A DNA stretch of 64,000 nt, taken from positions 695,986 to 759,985 of the forward strand of contig NMRA01000090.1 in assembly GCA_002633005.1 (NCBI GenBank), written 5' to 3'. This document shows, in pieces, positions 53,465-64,000 of the stretch. Position 1 is the stretch's first letter. Each line of letters opens with the position of its first letter. Position numbers and translations under genes: made by a program. The stretch comes from Phoronis australis (taxonomy: Eukaryota > Animalia > Phoronida). The notes under the pieces were generated by a model. The model saw only the letters and a program-made list of their open reading frames with translations, searched no databases and was not told where the DNA came from.

Positions 53465-56400
53465 AAGAACCGTACCTTGATGTGGTATGTGTACAGCCGT
53501 TTCGTCCATACCTCACATACTTGATTTACCGCCGGGTAAGCCTTCAGTCGTTGTAGAATAAAACAATAAAAACACTACCGGGATTCCCTAATCTCAGGGG
53601 GAATCCCCTACATCTGAATGCACTGCAGGTAGATCAAGATCTATCAACATACTCGCTGAAGGTAAAAGGGGGCTGCTGTTGTTATTTACAAAGCAGACTT
53701 CCAACAGAAATTTCATACACTGCTGGATGATCGCAATACTCATCAGCCACTGAGATCCATCCAAGTTTCAGAACAAGTTTATCAGTTTTCTAAGAGAGTG
53801 GCAACGTACAGATCCTATACCCAAACGTCTGCATGACCGGTTGCACCCCACGGCCTGGGAAGTGCCTAAGCTGTACGGTCTACCTAATATTAATAAACAA
53901 GGTGCTGCCCCAAGACCTACATATTAATTGTCACTTACAACGTGGCTAGAGTTTTGACGAACATTCTTGCACCATTGATGAGTTTGTCTCGTCATATCCG
54001 CAACAACGAAGACTTCATCGACAGAATCAGTGACCTCGAGATACCTTCACGACGTAAGATGTTATCCTACGATGTATCCGGTCTTTTCACTAGTTGTTCC
54101 CACGGAGAAAGCCGTCGCTGTTATCATGTCTCGGTTAGAGAACGACGATGATCTCAGCAGTCGCACCCATCTATCGGTTGATCGCGTCATACGACTCTTG
54201 CAGTTTTGTTTTGAATACCACTTATTTTGTCAAATCCGAGTAGCGCTCATGGGGTCTCCCATGTCACCCATCGTCGCCAACATCGCCATGGAAGATTTTG
54301 AGATCCGTGCTATGGCGACAGCGGCAACTCCCCGGTCACAGTGGAGTCGTTATTTTGACGACACCTTCTTATAGTAATCCAAGAAACTGCTACTGATGAA
54401 TTCCCGGAACAACTCAACAACAGGATCCATCCATCCAATTTACCCGGGAACTCCAACAAGATGGCACTCTCCCCTCCCTCGATACTCTCACCCGACTACA
54501 TGGTGCTGGTTCCATCTCCTCCGTTCACTGCAACCCTACGCACACTGGTGAGTATCTTAGCTTGGCATCGAATCACCATCTGTCTCACAAACGATCCGTA
54601 GTGCGGACTCAACTCAGCCTAGCCGAGAAACTTGTTTCTGATGACAACAAAAGGGAAGCTGTGGTACGTAACCTGAAACGAGCATTGTGTGCCAACGGAT
54701 ATCGTGACTGGGTGTTCGATCTACGTAACGAGTAACGGCCACGTCAGTGTGAACCCCCTGGGCCTCCGATCATCAACTTCCCTGTTTGTATATCCTATGT
54801 CAGAGGCGTCTCCCAAAGGATTCTGGCCATCTGCCGTAAACACAACACCAAGTCGTTTCACAAACCGTTTAGCACTATTCGGTCCATCTTCCCATCTGTG
54901 AAAGATGTGTCACCTCCCTCGAGAGGTGTGGTGAGATGTACGAATACAAGTGTGGAGAGTGTACTGACAACTATATCGGTGAGACGTCCAGGCTTAAAGG
55001 CGAATGCCACCCGATTTAATTAGTCTTTTTTGCCGTCTTAATCGGTCTATTTCCACATCGCCTAGCGTACGGTCGACCTTACCTTGCCAAGAGGTGTCGC
55101 GTTAACCTGTGAGGAAGGTGAGAAACGACGCTAGCGACGTCAGTGGTTCAAATGCATAGTTAATGCCGCTATGTTGCGGTGTATCGTTCCCGCTTGTCCG
55201 TACTAAGCAGCTGCGAGGAAAGCGAGTATATCGGGGTTTTTTTTACTTCCTCGAGAGTCTGAAATGCTTAGGAAGTGGCTCATGGTAGTGAAGAATGAAA
55301 TGTATGCTGTAAATAGCAAGTATGAGGCCGTGAAACATCTCCGTGTCTGTGACCTGCAGACGTCGACAGTGCCTGACGAATGCCGGCTTACCAAATAACT
55401 CCATACGTTCCGTTGTTCGAATTGATAGCCTGTAAGACTTAACGATCCACCTGCGAAGTCGGGATTGATGAGCTGCTCTAGCTCGTCCTAAGTCGGGATT
55501 GCGAGTTGCCATGTTGACGTTTATTACTGACCGTTCTGTTTCAAAATGAATTATTCTCACTCTAACCAATATATAAAAGTGAAACAAAGTCTGTCTCATT
55601 AGATGTAATTTGAAATGCTTTTGGAGTGTTCGTGAGTGCACGAAATGATTTGAGAAGCCAGCAATGAATAGTCACTGCGTTACTGGCTTTAGGTGCAATA
55701 AAACTAATTGACGGGACACTGAGACCGTGTGAGCTCTAATTTAGTGTTTGCTGGCAGAAACTGTTGTGAAACAACTCGATTTCCACCCCACGACCAGGTG
55801 TTAGGGGAATCTTCATTTACATTTACATTACTCAAATAATGATTGTCAATGTACAACTTCTGCCCTGACGGTGCTGTGGCCAAAGCGGAACTGAATTCGC
55901 GGCCCCCGACGAGTATGTAGATTTGCAGTTTCGTGGCTAATTCACCAACATAATCACGTGCACATTACTTTGGCTCACTAGTATAGTTTTTTCTTGACTG
56001 GAAGTTTAGTTTCCACTGAACTTTGGCTGGTTTGTTCGTGTTTCTGATCAGTTTCCGAGCCACTGGCAGGGATAACGAGTCAATCCGGCCGGCCGCCGAC
56101 GGGCCTGATCGGGCTCCGAGCCACTGGCCAGGATAACGAGCGTTTTGTGTTTAGAACTCAGAAAATCACAAGTCTAAACAACACAGATCTAGGTTCTCCT
56201 GTCTGTATCTCACAGAAAATACTTCGAAATTATCGCCAAACACACCCCAAACTCCTGCTATGGACCTCATTGGCCTGCCGAACTTTGTAGGCTACGGTGT
56301 GTCCAACTACCAATAAATCCGTAAGAGCGAAATAAAACAACACGTTTTTGTAAGAACTCGGTGTATTTTAAGGGTTTTACATCGAAGTTTGATGATTTAT

Positions 56401-56937
56401 TGGTGCTAAACGATGACTCCAAGCTATAAGCTGACACCAGTAACCCGTGTTGTGAACTGCTGAACAGAACGCGTGTGAAACCGATGACGTAATTGGATAA
56501 TTTCAACACCTCCGTCTGCCGTCAGGTGTCAGGTAACGCAACCGCACGTGTCGTTATGGAGTAGAACTACTCGATCTAAATTGATACAAATTAGGTTGTT
56601 TTTTGGGTGGCATGCTCCTTTAAGAACCCCAACCTTAGACCTACGTGTATTACTGCTGTTCAAAAACATGCCACAGATCTACGTCACTAGATCTCTGACT
56701 AGAACTTAGTATATTAAGCACAGGGTGCGAGAAGCTATTGACATCCAAATCCACGGACCAATTATGAAGAGAGATTCGGAACTTGGAGTGTATTCATATC
56801 TGTTGGACATTAGAGAACCCCCGGTAGTGTTTTTATTGTTTTATTCTCCAACGACAGAGGACGCACCCGGTGGTGAATCAAGTGTGTGAGATATGCACGA
56901 AACGGCTGTACACTTACCATATCAAGGTACGATTCTT
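53465..56937 (+). mobile_element. Penelope-like element (decayed RT + GIY-YIG) bounded by ~120-bp inverted terminal repeats
   Basis: PKLYGLP, SYDVSGLFTS, MGSPMSPIVANIAMEDFE, RYFDDTF, YEYKCGECTDNYIGETSR, and REAIDI after the nested insertion; 53465-53586 is the reverse complement of 56815-56937. Confidence 0.88.
54998..56619 (+). mobile_element. Non-autonomous Kolobok-like DNA transposon, copy 2, inserted in the Penelope GIY-YIG domain
   Basis: TTAA TSD (54994-54997, 56620-56623); TIR AGGCGAATGCCACC / GGTGGCATGCTCCT; homologous to 20873-22280. Confidence 0.85.
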
Positions 56938-58771
56938 CACGTAATATTTTCGTCATCTAAATAAGGCCCAGTAATATACATAGTCTCATTTTATAGGTGT
57001 TGCGTAAGTGGAAGTAAATTCGCTAAATATTATGACGTGCACAGTGCACAATAATCAATTTTACTTCCTTCGTAGCTCGTAACCAGGTCGGATGCTCATC
57101 ATATCGAAGTACGAAATGTGGGGTTAACTTATGTCTTTGTAATTATCATACGTGATCCTCTCGTACACCATTCCCTACCCGCGATGAAACTTCCTCGCTT
57201 AAAGAAAACTTGCAAACCGAGCTGCTGGCCTATTATTGATGTTCTCGTCTCATTTTCTCAATGAATTATTTGAATACTGTGAAATCAAATAAAAATAATC
57301 GTATTCTCATTACATAGTTTGAATACCATTCATCTGGTCGAGTTCATTTGCAAAAATTGTGGTTAGTCTACTAATACTCGTGTTCAGCAGGACTTCATGG
57401 TATACATGTACGTGTACGTTAACAACATGTAGGCCTATTGCTGAGTTGAGCGCCAAGTGAATTCAATAGTTGGACCCCTTAGCAAAAGCATGAACTCCAC
57501 ACCAACTCTTATTCAGGTTATGTGTATTAATGACCGTAGATAAATGTCCAAATCTTGGTAGATTAGAAGCATCATATCCCAGGCTGATCAGATTCGTATG
57601 AATTTTTTGTTACTATGTTTCATACACTCATGTTCTCAATAACACTGTCAGGAATTGTCGTAACAATGTTCCCTTATAATACACCAGGGTCTGTCAAAGA
57701 ATAGGATTTTTATGATTTTAATGAAACAGTTGAAGTTCCATGGAAACAAAAACGAAATAACATTTTAGAAAACTGAAACAGCATTTTGAGATCTCACATT
57801 GAGCATTTATATTAAATAAAATTTAATCATGTATGGTATGTTGCTGATTTGCAGTCAATGCACCTTCCGTTTTGTTAAATTTTACTACAAACACTGGATA
57901 AACAGGTGTCATTAGTTGTCCGTACTCCACCAAGTTTAACTCAATTTTAGTTCCTCTTCAAAGCGTTAAAAGACTTCTTTACCGGCAGCCATTTTGACCA
58001 AAAAAAATTAAAAATGTAGAAAAACAGGAAACCTGTTTGTAGGTAGTTCCTTCGCGTGAATGGTTGAAAGGGCATATACTTGTACTTTGTATATTAGTTT
58101 CACTTCTGACGTGTGACTTCGATGGTTACAATTTGAAATAACCATAGAATAATTATTATGTATTAATAGACCTTTCTTTAAAATCGGCATCTCTAATTTT
58201 AGTTGAGACCCTGTTTTGCCAAATTCAAAGGGGACATTTTTACTGTTATAATGTTGAAAAGTGCATTTTTCTTCCGAAATGTGATCACCACTTGTCGCAT
58301 GAAAGATGGGTCCTCCTTAGTCTATTGTTTTCGTAGATTTTTATGCTATTGGTCCCTCAGCTGTGACTGTGTGGGTGCATGGGAGAGAGCAAGGTTGAGT
58401 GAGTGACATGGTTATTACCATTGTAACGTTTCCAATTGATGATTGATAAACTTCCTTAAATAAGAAATTCAAATTTTAAGTTTACTCGAAGCCTGCCATT
58501 GAAACTTAACCAACTGTCAAGATGAAACAGTTAATTAAATTTCGAGTAGGCCTACAGGGATTAAACGCAAGGTTTAACCTATAGTATAGTCCTGTCTAAC
58601 GGAGATTAGACCCGCGGCTCTGTAACCATTTGGAAAATAAATAAGTATTCACTTTACCTGTTAATCAAATGTATATGTGGTGCATATGGCCGCTAAACAA
58701 GAACGGGGACATGGTGCTGTCGTTCTTAAATTCTGCTGTAACTAATACGTTGTTTTGTGTTAACATTTCAG

Positions 58772-58788
58772 GCACGTACGTCGGATAA
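58772..58788 (+). CDS. Probable terminal coding exon of the CGRP/amylin-like precursor (G-T-Y-V-G-stop)
   Basis: Branch-like CTAAT at ~58742; TGTTTTGTGTTAACATTTCAG acceptor ends at 58771; phase-1 join gives GGC ACG TAC GTC GGA TAA, placing a terminal Gly (amide donor) directly before the stop. Confidence 0.55.
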
Positions 58789-59419
58789 AGTCAAGCATTG
58801 GAAATACATATTTCATGCTGACGTCGTCACTGAAAGTGCTTTGACTTGGATTTTCTTTTCAATTTTACTTTGGCAATAGACAAGATCGTCAGTCGGCTAC
58901 TTACTATGCAATGTACTATGAACGGAGAGGCACCTGTAGACGAACAGTTGCCTGTATCCAGTTTTAACATTTTATTTCGTTATGTATTTATCGCCTACAT
59001 GAGAAACAATACTTTTTCAAACACGAACACTCCCATGGATTAGCAACTGGCAGCTTGATTATTACGTTTTGCCTTCTTGAGAAATTCAGTGTCAAATTGA
59101 CTGAGCTTCTGCAATGATGAACTCGACAATAATCCACGTAATGCATCACCTGCTTGCCAGTGTTGGTGCTGTAATAAGCCACTGTTGTAGTCAATAACAT
59201 GTATCTTACCTGAGCTTTGTGGTTAATTACTACAGACAATTCCGAGGTGGATGGGATCTGTGGTCTGATGACCTTTGCTGGTTGCTTTGTTGGTAGCGTT
59301 GTGTCTTCAAGGGATCAGTTAAAGCTGATTCGACTGTTAAGTACTGTAGGCTAAGAACGAAAATTAAATTAGGCCTTTTACTTGTTCATAAAATCTGTCT
59401 TACAATAGTCATTGTGCTA

Positions 59420-59615
59420 GGATCTTATCGGCTTCCGTTTCCAACAAGAACATTAGAATTATCCGCGACACAAGAAAACACTTCAGAGTTTATTGGCCAA
59501 CCCTAAAATTGCGAATTCGAAAATGGCGCACGTACGTCTACGATTTGGCTATAGATCGAGTCGTAACGGAAATGGAATACTATCGATGTAAGGAGCATTT
59601 TGTGACAGGGCAAAA
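59420..59615 (+). pseudogene. THAP domain relic (C-terminal half)
   Basis: CKEHFVTGQ matches THAP CxxHF; degraded upstream. Confidence 0.4.
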
Positions 59616-59941
59616 TGCGATTTTAAGTAATGACATGTAGTTCAAATCCACTTCAACACAAACGCCATCATGGGTAGTCATCCATGCATGTAACATGACG
59701 GTGGCGTCTTTGTGTCATTTCAGTCTTTAGAAATTCCACGAACATGTTATCACACAAGCAAATAGCAATCTCTACATCAGCAATGATTGCACTGCAGGCC
59801 TTCACGGAACTTCTGTTCGACGCATACGGAGAGCTATACAGACGTGCTCAGCAAACTGTCTCTGTCAGCTAAGAGCTTAGCTCCCGTCAAAGCACTAACA
59901 ATTGAATGAAGTAGACTCTAGTTAAACCAATTGTTGTGCTA

Positions 59942-61560
59942 GGCTTTGCTGTGAAAAAGATTTAAAATGGGAAAGTTCCCAGTTCACATCTCTTGGAATT
60001 ACCTTCTCTGTCAACTTACAGGACATGATTCACTTAAACTATGATGTAAAATTAAATGGGGTTAGAAAAGGCATTGGAAATTGGTCAAAAAGAAATTTGT
60101 CTACCTTTGGTAAGATAACGGTTGTCAAATCTTTCTTATTACCAAAACTGATTCACCTCTTTTACACACTTCCTCTTCTAAGTGCTACTTTTTTAAGGAC
60201 ATTGAAAAAATATTCTTTAATTTTATATGGGCTACCTCTTCTGATAGAGTCTCTAGAAAAACCATGGTGCAGAAATCTGGAAGTTGGAGGTGGGAATAGG
60301 GTTCATATTCATATTGCGTCATTGTCAAAGCTATTAAACTGGCTTGGATTCGAATATTCTTCAAAAATTATTATAACAATACTTCTCTTTGGCTAAATAT
60401 TTTATGTGAAATTATTCCTAATATAAAAACTGACTCTTTTCAGTTAGGTTCTTGTTTTTCCTTGAAGTATCTAACCGTACTAAGAATATTTTTGGAAGGA
60501 TAATTTTATATATTATACGAATGTATCAATCTTTGTGAGATAGATGATCCTTTGTACGAACCTTTGTGGTATAACCCCAAAATTTGTATAGACAGTAATC
60601 CATTTTTGGAACGAGTGGTTTCAAAGGGGTATACGGTACGTATACGATTTAATTGACCCTGATAAGGGATATATTTTTGATTATCATACCTTTTGCACAC
60701 GTTTTCAATTTTGCCCTTGTATTACTCATTTTATGGAATTCGAAGTTCAATACTTCGTTCTTGGAATCATCTAAGAGACAAGAGTACTATAGTCACTCCA
60801 CTTTTTCCAGAACATATTTTTCGAATCTCCTCGGAAAATAAAGGGACTGGGAAAATCTATGAATTATTCATTTCTAAATTATATGTAAAACCTGTCGCAG
60901 AATTGAAGTGGGAGAGAGAAATTAACTTATGCGATGATACTCAGTCTTGGAAAAAAATTCATTCAGTAATTTATCATTGTACTTCTGATGTCAGACTCAG
61001 ATGGTTTCAATTCCGTATCAACCACAGAATTATTGGTACAAACTCTTATTTAAAGAAAATAGGTGTTAGTGAATCGTCTTTATGTTCTTTCTGTGAGCAA
61101 CATGAAGAAACAATTCTACATTTGTATTCGGAATGTTCACTTGTTCAGAAGTTTTGGAGATGTTTAAGAACATGGATGTTAAATCAGTGCAGTTTCCCTC
61201 TGCAGTTAAATATGTCTTCCGCCTTGTTTGGAGACCCAGCCTGTAGATCCAAAGTTGTAAATTTAATCCTTTGCTTAGCGAAATTTCATTTATATAGACA
61301 AAGACTACAAAAGAGTAAGCCCAATTTTCAGTCATTTTTACGTGAGGTATGTGATTACTACAACCTGGAAAAAAATATTTACAATGATAAATTGGATCTT
61401 GAGAGATTCCACGCAAGGTGGTCTTTTTTGCTAGCTTTTATAGGGTCCGATAATGTTCGTAATTTGTTTAATGTGCACTAAACTAGGTGTCATATTGTCA
61501 CACAACTATGTACCGGTTGGTTGAGTTAATAAATGTCTCTACCAAAAAAAGAAAAAAAAA
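59942..61560 (+). mobile_element. 5'-truncated Tx1/L1-clade LINE 3' part with poly(A) and probable TSD
   Basis: WSKRNLSTFGKITVVKSFLLPKL, LRWFQFRINHRIIGTN, CSFCEQHEETILHLYSEC; AATAAA and a poly(A) tail; AATTGTTGTGCTA (59929-59941) resembles AAATGTTGTACTA (61559-61571). Confidence 0.88.
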
Positions 61561-61789
61561 ATGTTGTACTACTTTCTTACTCCAACGTGAGCTACCTACT
61601 TAACAAACGCACAGTACTCTTGAGGCAGCAGGGTGAGCGCGCAGCTTTTCGACGGCGTTGTATTCACGCACGTTCCTTTATCTTGTCGAGTGAAGATCTA
61701 GCAAGAGAGAGAGCGATGGAAGAACACCGTGTACGTTTTATTTCAATTCAGTCTATATTTCATGTAATTAGGTCATTGGCTTAGATAAT

Positions 61790-62300
61790 AACATATACAT
61801 GAAAACAGTGATGTACACATGAGCACACATTGTATATCGACAAGTGATTCGTGTCTTTCTTTAGTATGTATTAAAAAATTACATAAATTTGTTAATTTGT
61901 TTATACAACTTGTATTTATCATATTTACAAAAGTATCACTGATTATATTTCTTATAGGGGGCAAGTATCGATAGCGAAGATCGTTGTATAAAGTACCCAT
62001 AAGTGAAAATGAATTTAATTCCAAACATTTAGTCACTTTGTGAAAGTTCAGTGAGTGTTCTTCTACTTGTATTTGACATGAAACTGATCACATCTGTGTC
62101 TTGCCAAGCTAGATAAATGAACAAAGTTTTGAAAATAACATGCATAATATTTCAACAATTTTGTTCGGAAAAATGTATACATCCTGAGACAACAATTCTC
62201 CGTTTCAATGTTGACGTTCCTTATAGTTGCATCTATTTCTGAATTCATTCACAAAATAACCTCGTCAAGTACTCCGTGGTTAATCCAATGCCAGTTGGGC
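61790..62300 (-). mobile_element. Decayed LINE 3' end (CR1/L2/RTE-like C-terminus)
   Basis: Minus-strand CLRMYTFF, LARHRC, TLYNDLRYRYLP and KLTNLCNFL resemble typical LINE ORF2 C-terminal motifs. Confidence 0.5.
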
Positions 62301-62334
62301 ACAAAAAGTGTTTTATCTTTAAGCACCAGTTGTC

Positions 62335-63410
62335 TCAATCATTCCGCGTATCGACCGAGACCGAAGGTCAAGGTCAGTACGCGGAATGATGTCTCGTGGG
62401 ATATTACTTCGTCTACGCCACTCTCGGCACGTTTTGTGTATTTATTTTTCCGCAACAATCTAACATTTTCAGTACGCCACATGTCAGGTGTCATTTGTCA
62501 TGTCGTGCTTGATTTTATTTTATTTCTGTCTCTGTTGACAATGGATGTGGCTATAACCGATAATTTCAGTTGATCCATTATTGCTGTTGTGTTTTTATAA
62601 CATGTTCTATGTTTTCTCAAACAATAGTATCCTTCAGAGGATCTGGATAGCCTAGTTTAGTTAGTTCAAATTGATTTGGTACATTAAAATGTCAATAATC
62701 GTAGTTCACTAGCAGGCTGTTAGTTGTGTTCCTTTGCCGCGAGAACGTTCGAGCTGAATTTCTGTCTGGTGTCTGACGTTTCTGGAGATATCCTGTGAAA
62801 TTCTGTTCTGAATTCAAACACTGTTCTCTCGCTTGTCTAACTACGGTGTCGCGGTCCTCATAACAGCTGGGTCTTCCTAGCTGTCGGCGACCTTTTGAGT
62901 TTTAGTCGAAGAGCTCTTTCAGCTGTCATATTTTGTACCTGGATAGCGTATTTGTGGCGTATCTTCCATCAAATCTGCTCCATTACTGTCCAGATTTCCT
63001 ATTACTCGTTCGCTGAAGGACCAAGATCAGCAGCACGTTAAATGACGACGTTACGTTTCTTTGACTGGTCCTCGTTGAAGGCGTTTTCAAGCGAACAAGT
63101 CATACCTTCAACTCAACGTTTTCGTCTATCGCTCAAGTACTACATTCTTTTTGTCTTGTGATAATAGTTCATCAAAGTTTTGCAACTTCTCAGTGGTAGC
63201 GTCCACTTTTGTTACTATTTCCTCATTTTCTGAATTGACGCAAAAGTAACTCGGGGTAATGACGGATGACGTCTAGTCCAGTGTTGACGTGAGTGTTCAC
63301 ATCTTTCGTTGTGAAGAACTCCCGGGTTATATTAGGTTTCGCACACGCTTTCGTTGTCTGGGTATACATTTCATCGTACAGTACTCGGCCACTTCTCGGT
63401 TTTTAGCTTA
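62335..63410. mobile_element. Probable non-autonomous DNA element (possibly Crypton-like); its end is also present at 37378-37460
   Basis: CATTCCGCGTATCGACCGAGACCGAAGG...TACGCGGAATGATGTCTCGTGGGATATTACTTC...GCCACTCTCGG; shared with 37378-37460; GCCACTTCTCGG recurs at ~63390. Confidence 0.35.
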
Positions 63411-64000
63411 CATTAACCACTTTGTCACTTATTTCTCAGAGTATGACGCATGTGCATTCTAGTGATAACCATGTAGTCGCATTTAAAGGCTTAAGGCCAG
63501 AGTAGGTGGAGAGTCACGAGCTCAGCCCGTTGCCTCAAGTGAAAGATAGCTGGACTGGCAGCTCAAGGCACAAGGCGTGAAAGTACGTCCATGATTGAAT
63601 ATATTAGTCACTAGTTCAATAAAATGTTCACACCTTGGTTTGAGGTATGCTGACTTCTTCTCAAGGCAAACGTAGCTGAGCTTGCGGTTCGTATTTGCCT
63701 GCCCATGTGCTTAGACATCTCGTGCAGGATTATTCGCAGTGCAAAACTTTAGTGATGCAAAACTATATCATGTTTACTAAAAGGAAAAAAAATCGCCCTT
63801 TTTGTAAGAAAAATGCTGTAATAGGTCACTCTACCGATCCCGGTCTCGTCATCTTTCATAGTCCAAGTAGAACTTACTTCTTGGCTTGAGAAGAACTGAC
63901 AGTTGCTTACAAATTTGCTTGGCACTGCGGCTTAGTTTTAGCCGCAAAAGCACTCTGGCGGTCTAGAGGAAGTCCAGACTTTTTGCAACCAACTTCAAAT

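Noticed and set aside
53136-53480. Single-exon 114-aa ORF with a C-terminal transmembrane-like segment
   Set aside because: The upstream Met lies before a clear splice acceptor, and the hydrophobic tail derives from T-rich intron-like DNA. The spliced model fits better, though read-through is not excluded.
56997-57155. Alternative phase-1 acceptors for the peptide gene (TTTTATAG at 56996 giving GVA*; TTCGTAG at 57075 giving ARNQVGC...HT*)
   Set aside because: Neither yields a terminal amidation Gly or family-like length, whereas 58772 has a branch point and Gly-stop. Not formally excluded without RNA data.
60693-61481. 262-aa ORF as a host gene
   Set aside because: It is the C-terminus of Tx1/L1 ORF2 (zinc knuckle), followed by poly(A).

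Overview
This is repeat-rich, AT-rich animal genomic DNA, not prokaryotic. The transposon and neuropeptide content suggests a marine invertebrate, probably a mollusc or other lophotrochozoan (inference). There is one 412-N assembly gap at 45406-45817. Most of the window is decayed mobile DNA: an I/Ingi/Nimb-group LINE with an 11-bp TSD, two Tx1/L1 LINE 3' parts, CR1/L2 fragments, a Penelope element with inverted terminal repeats and a nested Kolobok-like element, tRNA-derived SINEs, foldback/MITE elements, a pogo transposase relic and four THAP relics. Among the repeats I reconstruct by eye two small, spliced, same-strand (+) secreted-peptide precursor genes that the ORF track misses. (1) A luqin/RYamide-type precursor: signal peptide, TLQTWMPLRY-GKR, and a C-terminal Cys pair (exons 17933-18071 + 30652-30812, 99 aa). 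(2) A compact 67-aa precursor: signal peptide, RHKR, then a 36-residue Cys2-Cys7, C-terminally amidated peptide TCQTQLCKNLMAKYFQELKLTGHAKDVGKFGDGTYV-G (exons 53172-53358 + 58772-58788, apparent GC-AG intron). The second has CGRP/amylin-like architecture and is the most interesting item. Both gene models are sequence-based inferences that need transcript confirmation.
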